A program made the translations under genes and the position numbers. 64,000 bases of DNA from the NCBI GenBank assembly GCA_965237895.1, contig CBDEGR010000001.1:99906-163905 (forward strand). Reading direction: 5' to 3'. Of the stretch, positions 29,731-39,860 are shown one piece after another (within the stretch, counting starts at the first letter, position 1; every line of letters starts with the position of its first letter). Source of the DNA: Terriglobia bacterium (GTDB taxonomy: Bacteria > Acidobacteriota > Terriglobia > UBA7540 > JAPUME01). The notes below the pieces were generated by a model. The model searched no databases. It saw only the letters and a list, made by a program, of their open reading frames with translations, and had not been told where the DNA came from.

Positions 29731-30840
29731 TTGAAGAGCGAACTCGAAGAAATTTCAAAATCTAAAAACTTGACCCAGGCAGCAACTTCTGCCGGGCGGG
29801 TGCGCGCCGATGTCATTCGCGTCGGCCTTGTCGGCGCCACCGGATACGCCGGGCGCGAGTTGCTCGCCCTGCTGGGGCGGCATCCGGCCGCGCGGCTCAC
29901 CCGCCTGATGTCTTCCGGGCGTCGGCACACTGAACCCTTGCCGATTGAAAAGATTCATCCTTCCCTTCGCGGCGAGGTTTCGATTCCCTGTCATCCGCTC
30001 GAAGAAGGAGCCTTACGGCCGGAAACGCAGGATGTGGTTTTTCTCGGCACCCCGCCGGAAGTCTCGATGGAGTTGGCCCCGCGGCTGGTGGAGCGCGGTT
30101 TGCGTGTGGTGGATTTAAGCGGCGCGTTCCGGCTGCAGGATATAGGCCAGTACCCGATTTGGTACGGGTTTGAGCACACGGCAACGGAGCATCTTAAGCA
30201 GGCCGTTTATGGGGTGCCGGAGCTTGACGGCGAGGCCGTGGCCGCGGCCCGGTTCGTCGCCAACCCGGGCTGCTATGCGACGGCGATTATCCTGGCCTTG
30301 GCGCCCCTGGTGCAGTCGGGTTGGCTTTTGCCCCAGACGGAGATTATCTGCGACGCGAAATCAGGCGTAAGCGGCGCGGGCCGCGCGCCGTCGGAAAAAA
30401 CGCACTACGTCGAGGCGAACGAGAGTTGCAGCGCCTACGGACTCTTCCGCCACCGTCACGTGCCGGAAATCCTCCAGACCTTGAACTTGAAGCAAGAGGG
30501 GTTTCGCTTCACGCCGCATCTTGTGCCGCTGACCCGCGGCATTCTGGCGAGCCTCTACCTGCGGCTGGACGGAAAGCGTAGCCGGGAAGAGGTCGCCGGC
30601 CTGTTTAAAAAATTTTTTAAGAGCGCGTCGATGGTCCGCTTCTATGAAGACTCGACGTTGCCGGAAATCAAAGCCGTGCAGGGAACGAACTATTGCGATA
30701 TCGGTTTTTCACTTGAGGCCGCGACGGGCCGCCTGACCGTCGTCTCCTGTATCGACAATCTGGGGAAGGGCGCGGCCGGGCAGGCGCTCCAGAATATGAA
30801 TCTGATGTTCGGGCTGCCCGAGGAGACGGGGTTGCGGTGA
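29731..30840 (+). CDS. argC: N-acetyl-gamma-glutamyl-phosphate reductase
   Basis: VGLVGATGYAGRELL, ANPGCYATAIILAL (catalytic Cys), DNLGKGAAGQALQNMNLMFG. Start uncertain (TTG 29731 or GTG 29800). Confidence 0.9.
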   Translation: MKSELEEISKSKNLTQAATSAGRVRADVIRVGLVGATGYAGRELLALLGRHPAARLTRLMSSGRRHTEPLPIEKIHPSLRGEVSIPCHPLEEGALRPETQDVVFLGTPPEVSMELAPRLVERGLRVVDLSGAFRLQDIGQYPIWYGFEHTATEHLKQAVYGVPELDGEAVAAARFVANPGCYATAIILALAPLVQSGWLLPQTEIICDAKSGVSGAGRAPSEKTHYVEANESCSAYGLFRHRHVPEILQTLNLKQEGFRFTPHLVPLTRGILASLYLRLDGKRSREEVAGLFKKFFKSASMVRFYEDSTLPEIKAVQGTNYCDIGFSLEAATGRLTVVSCIDNLGKGAAGQALQNMNLMFGLPEETGLR

Positions 30841-31649
30841 AGTTGGTGGTAAAAATCGGCGGCAGAGTTCTCGAAGAGGCGCGTCTGCAGCGCCGTCTGG
30901 TGCGACAGGTGATGCGGTTGGCCCAAGCCGGTCACAAGGTCGTCGTGGTCCACGGCGGCGGCGCGACGCTGACGGATACGCTCGCGAAGCTCGGCCTGAA
31001 GTCGCGCTTCGTCTCCGGCCTGCGCTACACGGACACTCGGACGCGCGACGCGGCGTTGATGGTTCTGGCCGGGCTGGTCAACAAGCGGCTGGTGGCGGAA
31101 TTCTCCCGGCAGGGACATGACGCGGTGGGACTCTGCGGCGGCGACGCAGCGCTCGCCCGAGTGAAAAAACTTGAACTCGGTCCGAACGTCAATTCGAACG
31201 GGCGAAAGGTCGGTCTGGGCTGGGTCGGGCGGACGAGCCGTGTTAACACGGCTTTCCTGAGCAAGCTTCTAAAGGACGGCATGGTGCCGGTCATAGCGAG
31301 TTTAGGTCTGGGGCCGAAGGGCGAATACTACAACGTCAACGCCGATGAGATGGCTGAGGCCCTTGCTGTGGCGCTCGAGGCCGACTCGCTCATTTTTGTC
31401 TCCGACACCGAGGGCGTGAAGGATGCAAGCCGGCGGCGGATTCCGCTGATCAAGGTTCATGAAATCGAATCCCTGGTGAGGCGGAAGATTGTGACCGACG
31501 GTATGGTGCCGAAGCTCCGTTCCTGCGCCCGCACGTTGAAGCGGAACGTCGCAGAGATTGCCATTCTCGGTGCGGGGAAGCGCGACGCCTTATGGAATGC
31601 CGTGATGGGGAAGAAGAATATCGGTACAAGGATTATTCGCAGCCCATGA
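30837..31649 (+). CDS. argB: Acetylglutamate kinase
   Basis: GTG overlaps the argC stop (GTGA). VVKIGGRVL, VVVVHGGG, YYNVNADEMAEALA. Confidence 0.88.
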   Translation: MKLVVKIGGRVLEEARLQRRLVRQVMRLAQAGHKVVVVHGGGATLTDTLAKLGLKSRFVSGLRYTDTRTRDAALMVLAGLVNKRLVAEFSRQGHDAVGLCGGDAALARVKKLELGPNVNSNGRKVGLGWVGRTSRVNTAFLSKLLKDGMVPVIASLGLGPKGEYYNVNADEMAEALAVALEADSLIFVSDTEGVKDASRRRIPLIKVHEIESLVRRKIVTDGMVPKLRSCARTLKRNVAEIAILGAGKRDALWNAVMGKKNIGTRIIRSP

Positions 31650-32893
31650 GACAGACTTTAAATTTTACCCAAGTAGCGGAAAAAGAAAAACGTCACCTGA
31701 TTCATACCTATGACCGGCTGCCGGTCCTGATGGTGAGTGGAGAGGGCTGCACGCTGATTGACGACCAGGGCAAGAAGTACCTGGATTTTCTGGGAGGGCT
31801 GGCCGTCAACTCGCTCGGCCACGCACATCCGGAAATTATGGAGGTGCTGCGCGACGGGTCCGAGACGCTGCTCCACGTCTCGAACCTTCTCTTTCATCCG
31901 TATCAAGCCGACGTGGCCGAGCGGTTGTGCCGCCTCTCGGGCCTGGACCGTGTCTTCTTCTGTAACAGCGGCACCGAGGCGGTGGAAGGCGCTCTCAAGC
32001 TGGCTCGGGCCTATGCGCGGAAGCAAGAAGAAGGGGACGGGAAGTCGACCTCTAAACTCGAAGTCTTGGCCCTCGAAGACTCTTTCCACGGGCGGACTGT
32101 CGGGGCGCTTTCGGCCACCTGGCCGGAGAAGTACCGAGCGCCGTTTGAGCCCTTGGTGCCCGGCGTCCGGTTCGTCTCGGCCAGGGATGTTAAAAAGCTC
32201 GAAAGCGGTTTTCGCGACACAGTGGGCGCGTTCTTGATTGAAATTATCCAGGGCGAAGGCGGCGTGGTGCCTCTTGATGAATCCTACTTGAAACGGGCCG
32301 AGGAGTTGTGCCGCGCCCAAGGCGCGCTGTTGATCTGCGACGAGATTCAGTGCGGGCTAGGACGCACGGGGCAGCCGTTCGCTTATCAGAAGTTCGGCTT
32401 GAAGCCCGACATCGTGCTGGCCGCAAAACCCTTGGCGGCGGGGCTGCCGATGGGCGCGATTCTGGCTCGTGAAGAAGTGGCGGCGGCATTCGGGCCGGGC
32501 TCGCACGGCTCGACGTTCGGCGGCGGCCCGTTGCAATGTCGGCTGGCGTCGAAGTTCCTGGAGATTCTGGAACGTCCCGGCTTCCTGGATCACGTGCGTG
32601 AGATGGGCGGCTATTTCCGGGCCCGCCTGGAGGAACTTGCGGACCTGCCCGCCGTCCAAAAGGTTCGAGGCGATGGGTTGATGATGGCGCTGGTGCTTGA
32701 GGTTCCCGGCAAGCAGATCGTCAAGGCGCTTTTCGACGAGGGCATTCTGATCAATTGTACGCAGGAGAAGATTCTGCGGTTCCTGCCGCCGCTCACGATT
32801 GAGCGGGAGCATGTGGACCGCTTGGCAGTGGCGCTGAGGAAAGTTTTGGCGGAGATTACGAAAATCCCCGTTGCGAAAGGTGTTCCGGTATGA
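31646..32893 (+). CDS. argD: Acetylornithine aminotransferase (class III)
   Basis: ATG 31646 overlaps the argB stop (ATGA). LIHTYDRLPVLMVSGEGCTLID, FCNSGTEAVEGALKLAR, LICDEIQCGLGRTG, AAKPLAAGLPMGA. Confidence 0.88.
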   Translation: MRQTLNFTQVAEKEKRHLIHTYDRLPVLMVSGEGCTLIDDQGKKYLDFLGGLAVNSLGHAHPEIMEVLRDGSETLLHVSNLLFHPYQADVAERLCRLSGLDRVFFCNSGTEAVEGALKLARAYARKQEEGDGKSTSKLEVLALEDSFHGRTVGALSATWPEKYRAPFEPLVPGVRFVSARDVKKLESGFRDTVGAFLIEIIQGEGGVVPLDESYLKRAEELCRAQGALLICDEIQCGLGRTGQPFAYQKFGLKPDIVLAAKPLAAGLPMGAILAREEVAAAFGPGSHGSTFGGGPLQCRLASKFLEILERPGFLDHVREMGGYFRARLEELADLPAVQKVRGDGLMMALVLEVPGKQIVKALFDEGILINCTQEKILRFLPPLTIEREHVDRLAVALRKVLAEITKIPVAKGVPV

Positions 32894-33843
32894 AGTTTCC
32901 GGTGATGGAAGCGAAACAATTGAGCGTGGGCGACTTGATTTCCATTCGGTCGCTGACCGAGGACGACATCTTACAAATCTACGCGTTGGCGGAGCGCGTG
33001 AAGGCGTTTCCACAGAGGTTTTCGCAGGTGCTGGCCGGCCGACAGATGGCGATGATTTTTGAAAAGCCGTCGCTGCGGACCCGCGTCACCTTCGAGGTCG
33101 GAATCACCGCCCTGGGCGGGCAAGCGGTCTATATGGACCAGACGAAGCCGCGGCTGGGCGAGCGCGAGCCGATCAAGGACGTGGCGAAGAACTTGGAGCG
33201 GTGGGTGGACTGTATCGTGGCGCGCACGTTCCAGCACGACGCCGTCACGCAGTTGGCCGAGCACGCCTCGATTCCCGTCATCAACGCGCTGACGGACCTG
33301 TTTCACCCCTGCCAGGCGTTGAGCGACTTCTTTACGCTGCGGGAGAAATTGGGTGAGTTTAAAAACATTCGGCTGGGCTTTGTGGGCGACGGGAACAACG
33401 TCTGCCATTCGTTGATGTTTGCGGCGGCGCGGCTGGGGGCTGAGCTGCGCGTGGCGACGCCCGCCGGGTTCGAGCCCAAGGGAGAGTTTCTGCAGGAGGC
33501 CGAAGCGATGGCCAAGGAGACCGGCGGCGAGATCACCTTTAGTAACGACCCTCACCAAGCCGTCCGGGGCGCGAACGCCGTCTATACGGACGTGTGGGCC
33601 AGCATGGGTCAAGAGTACGCCGCCCACCTCCGGGCGCAGGTCTTCCTGCCGCACCGCATTACCGAGGAGCTGATGGCGGAAGCCGCCGACGATGCCATCT
33701 TTCTCCACTGCCTGCCGGCGCATCGGGGACAGGAGGTGGCGGCGGAAGTGATCGATTCGCCTCGCTCGGTGGTGTACGACCAGGCGGAAAACCGGCTCCA
33801 TGTGCAGAAGGCGCTGTTGATGCTTCTGCTGCGCGGGACTTAG
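32890..33843 (+). CDS. argF: Ornithine carbamoyltransferase
   Basis: ATG overlaps the argD stop (ATGA). MIFEKPSLRTRVTFE, HPCQAL, HCLPAHRGQEV. Confidence 0.9.
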   Translation: MKFPVMEAKQLSVGDLISIRSLTEDDILQIYALAERVKAFPQRFSQVLAGRQMAMIFEKPSLRTRVTFEVGITALGGQAVYMDQTKPRLGEREPIKDVAKNLERWVDCIVARTFQHDAVTQLAEHASIPVINALTDLFHPCQALSDFFTLREKLGEFKNIRLGFVGDGNNVCHSLMFAAARLGAELRVATPAGFEPKGEFLQEAEAMAKETGGEITFSNDPHQAVRGANAVYTDVWASMGQEYAAHLRAQVFLPHRITEELMAEAADDAIFLHCLPAHRGQEVAAEVIDSPRSVVYDQAENRLHVQKALLMLLLRGT

Positions 33844-33873
33844 AGAACGGATTGGTTTTGGAAACTTTGTTCG

Positions 33874-34410
33874 ATGCATCGTTCGAGGGAAGGAAAAATT
33901 GCTGTGGTTACCATTCGGAGAGCGAAGCTGAAAGATGTGGAGCAGGTGGCGGAAATTATCAGCGGTTACGCCAAGCTGAGGGTTCTTCTTCCCCGCCCGT
34001 CGGCGGAACTCTATGAGAGTGTTCGGGAGTTTGCCGTGGCCGAAGACGAGGGGAAGATTCTCGGCTGCGCCGGGCTTCGGTTTTACGGACCCTCGATGGG
34101 GGAGATCCGTTCCTTGGCGGTGGCTCCCGGCAGGCAGGGGAACGGTGTGGGCCGGCGGTTGATTGAATTCCTGCTGGAAGAGGCCGCCGAGCATGAATTG
34201 AAACAGGTCTTCGCCTTGACGCTGATTCCCGAGTACTTTGAAAAGTCCGGGTTCGGGGCGATTCCGCTCGAAGCGCTTCCCATGAAAGTATGGCGCGACT
34301 GCTTGCAGTGCGAGAAACTCTTCCAGTGTGACGAGAAAGCCGTGGTCTATTTTCTCGACAAGAAGTATGCGGAGGGGTTTGCCGAGGAGAAGATGCTGCT
34401 CGGAGCCTGA
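33874..34410 (+). CDS. Short GNAT acetyltransferase, N-acetylglutamate synthase-like (S-NAGS type)
   Basis: IRRAKLKDVEQVAEII...LAVAPGRQGNGVGRRLIEFLLEEA (GNAT acetyl-CoA motif). Its position directly after argF suggests an ArgA-like role (inference). Confidence 0.65.
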   Translation: MHRSREGKIAVVTIRRAKLKDVEQVAEIISGYAKLRVLLPRPSAELYESVREFAVAEDEGKILGCAGLRFYGPSMGEIRSLAVAPGRQGNGVGRRLIEFLLEEAAEHELKQVFALTLIPEYFEKSGFGAIPLEALPMKVWRDCLQCEKLFQCDEKAVVYFLDKKYAEGFAEEKMLLGA

Positions 34411-34564
34411 ATCACCTCCGTCTCTCGTATGCATCGAGCTGGAAGATTCCCGATTCTCTTCGATGAGCGTGATCGCGGATGGCTCCCCCAGGCTCCGCCT
34501 GCTTGACGCGCCGAACTCGTTCCCCTACGATAAGATCAGGTGCTCGAATGCCGGGGCAAAGAGC

Positions 34565-36628
34565 ATGACCAAAGTTGGCTTATTCAGCGGAGGGTCCTCC
34601 CGTTTTGGACGGAGAGCCGGTTTCCGAGTCTTCGGCCTCGCTCTTTGTCTCGTCGTAGCTCTCAATCCTCTTTACGCCCAGAGTTCTTCTTCTCCAGTAC
34701 AGGGCCCAGAGCAAGACCCAGAGCAAGAGAATATCCGGAATCCGGAATTTTTCCCTCTGGATCAGGTGCGGCCGGGAATGAAAGGGATCGGCCTGTCGAC
34801 GTTCCAAGGCGACAAGGTGGAAGAGTTTGAAGTGGAAGTTCTCGGTGTGCTGGAGAATTTCGCCCCGCGCCGAAACATGATCTTGGCGCGTCTTTCCGGT
34901 AGCCGGTTGCAAGAGACCGGAATTCTGGCCGGGATGAGCGGCAGCCCGGTTTACCTCGAGGGAAAGCTTCTGGGCGCCGTGGCGTTCGGTTTTCCCTTTG
35001 CGAAAGAGCCGATCGGCGGCATCACCCCGATCGGGGATATGATGGACATTGTCCCTCGTGAAACTCCAGACCCCGCTGCTGGTGAAGTGGCGGGTCACGT
35101 TTCCAGCGAACGGTCAAGCGAAGGGGCGCCGCCCTCGCCGCAAGTTTCACGGGCGCTTCCCTGGCGGGTCGCCCGCGCGGTGAATGCTTCGGCTTCCTCC
35201 GGAGCCGACGAAGAGATTCTTCGTTGGATCCCCTCCTGGGAGTCTCCCGAGGACCTCCCGGCAGCCTTTCAGCATTTCCCCGGGGCCCCAGGGGTTGCTG
35301 CGGTTCCTTCCTGGCAACGGGTTCCCTTGTTGTTTAACGGTTTTACGCAGCAAGGTTTGGACGCTCTGCTGCCTCAGTGGCGGGCGTTCGGCTTTGAGCC
35401 GATCCTGGGGGTGGGTTCGGTCCGTTCGTTCTCGCCGGATGGGGAGGGAGGGGGCCTGAGCGGGGCGGAGGCTCTTCGGCCCGGCTCGATGGTCAGCGTG
35501 CATCTGATTCGCGGTGATCTGAACATCAAGGCCGACTGTACGGTGACGCTCCGCATCGAAGACCAAATCTATGCCTGCGGCCACGGTTTCCTGCAGAGCG
35601 GCAGGACGGAGTTGCCGTTCAGCCCGGCGAAGGTCATCACCTTGATCCCCAGTGTCTTCTCTTCCTTCAAGCTTTCGTCGGCCGGCCCGGTGGTGGGCAC
35701 CATACGGCAGGACCGCAGCAGCGGCATTCAGGGCGTCATCGGCGAGCGGGCGCGGATGATCCCGGTGCATATGACGCTCTCTTCAACGCTCGGCCGGCAG
35801 CGGGAGTACCATTTGGAGATCGTGCAGGATGCCCTCCTCTCGCCTCTTTTGTTGAACCAGGCTTTGATTGTATCCATCGCGGCCACGGAGCGCCGGCTGG
35901 GTTTGGCGACGTTCGAAATACGCGGACGAATTCGCCTTTCCGACGGACAGACAGTCGAGATCGAAGACATCGCCGCCGGGGACACCAATTCCCACATGGC
36001 GGTGGCGGCTTCGGTGGCCGGCCCGTTGCGGGTTCTGCTCAGCAGCGGTTTTCCGGGATTGGCGGTGGAAGGCATTGAGCTTTCCGTCATCTCGATCAAC
36101 GAAAAGCGGTTGGCGAAAGTGGACCAGGTCTGGAGCGAGAAGTCTGAGATTGGGCCGGGGGAGGAGTTCACGATTCACGCTCAACTGCGGATGCTGAGCG
36201 GCGAGATACGGACCCAGAAGCTTACCGTCGCCACGCCGGAGAACCTGACCGGACGGTTCCTTACGGTGGTGGTGGGGTCCGGGCAGATGGCGAATCGCTA
36301 TTTTGTCCCCCGCTTCAGCTCCCAGGGAGGCAGCCGGGTGGCGCAGGACCTGCGGCAGTTGGTCCGAGCGTTAAATCACCTGCGAGGGAAGAACCGGCTC
36401 TACGTCCTGCTCATGGACCAAAAACGGGCCCTCTTTTTGCAAGGGGAGGAATTTCCTTCCCCCCCTCCCTCCTTGTTGCAGATATTCCAGGCGGACCCGT
36501 CCGTTTCGACGAACATGGCCAGCACCGGGTTTTCGATCATCGGCGACTCGGAAAGCGAAGCGCTGCCTTACGCGATTCAGGGACAGAGAACGCTCCGGCT
36601 GAGGGTGAAAAACTCCGCCGCGCGGTAG
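34565..36628 (+). CDS. Secreted peptidase S55 (SpoIVB-like) domain protein
   Basis: Signal-like start MTKVGLFSGG...FGLALCLVVALNPLYAQ (ATG 34565). The motif ILAGMSGSPVYLEGKLLGAVAFGF matches the SpoIVB catalytic-Ser box GMSGSPI..G..iGAV. Confidence 0.65.
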   Translation: MTKVGLFSGGSSRFGRRAGFRVFGLALCLVVALNPLYAQSSSSPVQGPEQDPEQENIRNPEFFPLDQVRPGMKGIGLSTFQGDKVEEFEVEVLGVLENFAPRRNMILARLSGSRLQETGILAGMSGSPVYLEGKLLGAVAFGFPFAKEPIGGITPIGDMMDIVPRETPDPAAGEVAGHVSSERSSEGAPPSPQVSRALPWRVARAVNASASSGADEEILRWIPSWESPEDLPAAFQHFPGAPGVAAVPSWQRVPLLFNGFTQQGLDALLPQWRAFGFEPILGVGSVRSFSPDGEGGGLSGAEALRPGSMVSVHLIRGDLNIKADCTVTLRIEDQIYACGHGFLQSGRTELPFSPAKVITLIPSVFSSFKLSSAGPVVGTIRQDRSSGIQGVIGERARMIPVHMTLSSTLGRQREYHLEIVQDALLSPLLLNQALIVSIAATERRLGLATFEIRGRIRLSDGQTVEIEDIAAGDTNSHMAVAASVAGPLRVLLSSGFPGLAVEGIELSVISINEKRLAKVDQVWSEKSEIGPGEEFTIHAQLRMLSGEIRTQKLTVATPENLTGRFLTVVVGSGQMANRYFVPRFSSQGGSRVAQDLRQLVRALNHLRGKNRLYVLLMDQKRALFLQGEEFPSPPPSLLQIFQADPSVSTNMASTGFSIIGDSESEALPYAIQGQRTLRLRVKNSAAR

Positions 36629-36823
36629 CCGCGGGTGCAGCCGGAGGGGCTGCGGATGTTGACTGCGGAAGTTGCAGGGGATGAACCTGCTCGGCCGGGC
36701 AAGTGGTCGACAAACGGCGGGTCGCGCATGCGAGGCCGTTTCCTGTCGACTGCCCTGCATCTAGATCGAGGGGAAGATCGAGGGGCGCGTGAAGCATCTG
36801 AAAATCTGGGAAAAAGGTCTCTT

Positions 36824-39070
36824 ATGATAAGGCTGAAACGGCGAATTCCGGGCATTGCACTGGCCCTGTTTTTCTTTACCTCCGGGGCGCGCGGCGTTGA
36901 TACCTCCTTTTGGGAGATTGCCACTTACGAGAACTACCTGGAGGGAACTCTGGAAAATATCTCTTTGGCCCGGGAAGGGCAGATACGGCTTGCCCCGGAG
37001 TGTAAGGACATTTTCGACCCGGAAGAGATGCTGGTTCTCTCGCTGGCGCAGGACTCGAAAGGCAGGATCTACTTCGGCACGGGGCATCAGGGAAAGGTCT
37101 TTCGGATCAACCGCAAAGGGGAAGGCAAGCTGTTTTTTACGGCGGAGGAGGCGGACGTTTTCGCCCTCACGGTCGGCCCGGACCGTGCCTTATACGTCGG
37201 CAGCTCGCCCGAGGGGAAAGTCTATCGGGTGACGGCGGAAGGCGCCTCGTCCGTCTATTTTGATCCGAAGAGCAAATACATCTGGGCCTTGGCGTTCGAC
37301 GCCGGAGGGCTGCTCTACGTGGGGACCGGGGACCGCGGGAAGATCTACCGCGTTACCGGTCCCCAAGAGGGCCAAGTCTTCTTTGATTCCGAGCAGACCC
37401 ACGTCATCAGCATGGCTTTTGATCCGAACGGCAACCTGCTGGCGGGGAGCGACCCGAACGGACTGCTTTATCGCGTCTCGCCCGCCGGCAAGGGTTTTGT
37501 TCTCTACAAGTCCGACTTGCCGGAGATTCACGCTCTCGCGCTCGACGAGAAAGGGCACATCTACGCAGCGGCGCTGGGCAGCGCGCGCCGGGGAGCCTTC
37601 TTCGTGAGGCAGACTTTGACGACGATTACAGCCGACTCCAGAGGGAATCGTACGGGCGTCAACCCACCGGCGGAGCAGCCGCCACCCGCCCCCGGTTCCT
37701 CTCAACAAGGCCAACGTTTGGGAGTTTCCGGAACGGTCCGGCCTCCGGTGTCTCTCGCCCCGGTTGGCGGCAAGGGAAGGCTCTACCGGATTCTTCCCGA
37801 CTACACGGTGGAGACGCTGTGGCGGAGTGAACGGGAGAGCATCTTCGGGTTGGTGGCGCACGCCGGGCGCGTGCTGTTTTCCACCGGCACCAAGGGCCGA
37901 ATCTTTCAATTGGACGCTCCCGTAGGACGGAGCCCGGAGCTGGTGTTGCTGAACGAAACCCATCAGGCGCTGGCCACGCGGCTCATACCCGGCCTGGGGG
38001 GGGAAGTCTTCGTTGCGACGGGGAATATCGGAAAGATTTTTCACCTCTCTGACCAAACCGCCGCCGAAGGAACGTACCTCTCTCCGGTGCGTGACGCGAA
38101 GTTTATCTCCAAATGGGGCCGCATCGGTTGGCAGGGGCAGGCCCCCACCGGGTCGGAGGTGGAGTTGTACGTCCGAGCCGGCAATGCTGAGCAACCGAAC
38201 GCCACCTGGAGCGATTGGACCGGACCCTATCGGAATCGGGAAGGGGAGGCGATTCGGAATCACCCGGCACGGTATCTCCAATGGAAGGCGATTCTGCGGG
38301 GCGGCAAGGGCGGCTCCCCTCTGCTGGACGGTGTAAGGGTCAGCTTCCTGAACCAGAACGTCGCGCCTGAGATCAGCTCTCTCAGCGTAGCCACTCCCGG
38401 GGCGCGGTTTACGTTCCGCGACGGGGGCGGGAGTTCCGGTCGGCGCGGTCGAGGCGGGTCAAACGTTGGGACCGTTTCAACCGCTACGGTCACCACCTCC
38501 GGAAGGGGGGTTCGAGGAAACGGGACGAAGTCGCCGGTCACGATCAGTTGGAAGGCGAAGGACCCGAACGGCGACTCCCTGGTTTACGACCTTTATCTGC
38601 GGGCCGAGGGTGAGAGGGGCTGGTTGCTGATCGATGAGGACCTTGAGCGGAGCTCCTTCCAGTTGATTCCCACATCGATTTCAGACGGCGAATATACTGC
38701 GAAGGTGGTGGCTTCCGACCGGGAAGCGAATCCGAGGGGTTTGGACCGAGAAACGGAGCGCCTGAGCGCCCCTTTTAGGGTGGATAATACCCCCCCGAAG
38801 GTGACGGCAGAGCGCCTGGAGGGCAAGAAGGGCGGCGTGAGGTTCACGGTGGAAGACGCCGTCTCCAGCCTGCGAACGGCGGAGGTGCGGATTGACTCGG
38901 AGCCCTGGACCCCGTTGGCCTCCGAAGACGGCATTGTCGACGCCCGGCGTGAGGTATTTGTTCTCCCGTTGCCGGGTCTACCTGCCGGGGAGCATCGGAT
39001 ATCGATTCGAGTTCACGACTTGGCCGGGAACGTAGGACTTGCGAGGATCGTCATTCATACTTCCGGTTAG
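36824..39070 (+). CDS. Secreted beta-propeller-repeat protein with C-terminal Ig/FN3-like region
   Basis: Signal start MIRLKRRIPGIALALFFFTSGARG (ATG 36824). There are at least seven repeats of the type (I/L)Y(F/V)G(T/S)xxxGK(V/I)(F/Y)R(I/V). Confidence 0.6.
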   Translation: MIRLKRRIPGIALALFFFTSGARGVDTSFWEIATYENYLEGTLENISLAREGQIRLAPECKDIFDPEEMLVLSLAQDSKGRIYFGTGHQGKVFRINRKGEGKLFFTAEEADVFALTVGPDRALYVGSSPEGKVYRVTAEGASSVYFDPKSKYIWALAFDAGGLLYVGTGDRGKIYRVTGPQEGQVFFDSEQTHVISMAFDPNGNLLAGSDPNGLLYRVSPAGKGFVLYKSDLPEIHALALDEKGHIYAAALGSARRGAFFVRQTLTTITADSRGNRTGVNPPAEQPPPAPGSSQQGQRLGVSGTVRPPVSLAPVGGKGRLYRILPDYTVETLWRSERESIFGLVAHAGRVLFSTGTKGRIFQLDAPVGRSPELVLLNETHQALATRLIPGLGGEVFVATGNIGKIFHLSDQTAAEGTYLSPVRDAKFISKWGRIGWQGQAPTGSEVELYVRAGNAEQPNATWSDWTGPYRNREGEAIRNHPARYLQWKAILRGGKGGSPLLDGVRVSFLNQNVAPEISSLSVATPGARFTFRDGGGSSGRRGRGGSNVGTVSTATVTTSGRGVRGNGTKSPVTISWKAKDPNGDSLVYDLYLRAEGERGWLLIDEDLERSSFQLIPTSISDGEYTAKVVASDREANPRGLDRETERLSAPFRVDNTPPKVTAERLEGKKGGVRFTVEDAVSSLRTAEVRIDSEPWTPLASEDGIVDARREVFVLPLPGLPAGEHRISIRVHDLAGNVGLARIVIHTSG

Positions 39071-39157
39071 ACCCTCCACAAAGGTGGGTTCCGAGAGGGG
39101 TTTTTCACCTCACACCCAGACAACTTCGTGCCCCCACCGGGCATCTCACCTGAATAA

Positions 39158-39790
39158 GTGGAGACATGGGCACACCGCGTATACCACTTGAATGCGGAAA
39201 AGAGCAAGGCACAAAAGGACGTCCATGAAGAGCGAGCGGAACTCGTCCGAAGGGCTCAACGAGGGGAGGAGGCTGCTTTCTCCGAACTCTATGGGCTGCA
39301 CAAACGGCGGGTCTATTCCCTCTGTTTGCGGATGACGAATAATGTTCCTCTGGCCGAAGACCTCACGCAGCAAGCCTTTCTTCAGCTATTCCGCAAAATT
39401 GCGAGTTTTCGCGGTCAGTCGGCCTTTACGACCTGGCTTCATCGGCTGGTGGTGAACGTGGTGCTGATGCACCTGAGGAAGAAGGGGCTGAATCTGGTCC
39501 CTCTGGAGGACTCGAACCCCCGTGACGAGGATGCGCTGAAACGGGATTACGGCAAAGAGGATACCCACCTGACCGGGGTGATTGACCGGCTCGGGTTGAG
39601 AGAGGCGATCGACAACCTTCCGCCCGGTTACCGGTCGGTCTTCATCCTGCACGACGTGGAGGGCTACGAGCATGAGGAGATTGCGCGGATGACGAGTTGC
39701 TCGGTAGGAAACTCCAAATCCCAGCTCCATAAAGCCCGCCTGAAATTGAGAGGCCTGCTCAAACAGGGGATGACACCCAAGGGGCATTAA
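39158..39790 (+). CDS. ECF (group 4) RNA polymerase sigma factor
   Basis: [32 protein letters not shown] (region 2) and [45 protein letters not shown] (region 4). Start uncertain (GTG 39158 or TTG 39188). Confidence 0.88.
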   Translation: METWAHRVYHLNAEKSKAQKDVHEERAELVRRAQRGEEAAFSELYGLHKRRVYSLCLRMTNNVPLAEDLTQQAFLQLFRKIASFRGQSAFTTWLHRLVVNVVLMHLRKKGLNLVPLEDSNPRDEDALKRDYGKEDTHLTGVIDRLGLREAIDNLPPGYRSVFILHDVEGYEHEEIARMTSCSVGNSKSQLHKARLKLRGLLKQGMTPKGH

Positions 39791-39860
39791 ACAGGCTGAT
39801 TTTCGGTAAGAGAATAGGTTAGAATGAACGTATTCAGGCAGATGCGAAGGACGATGAGCG

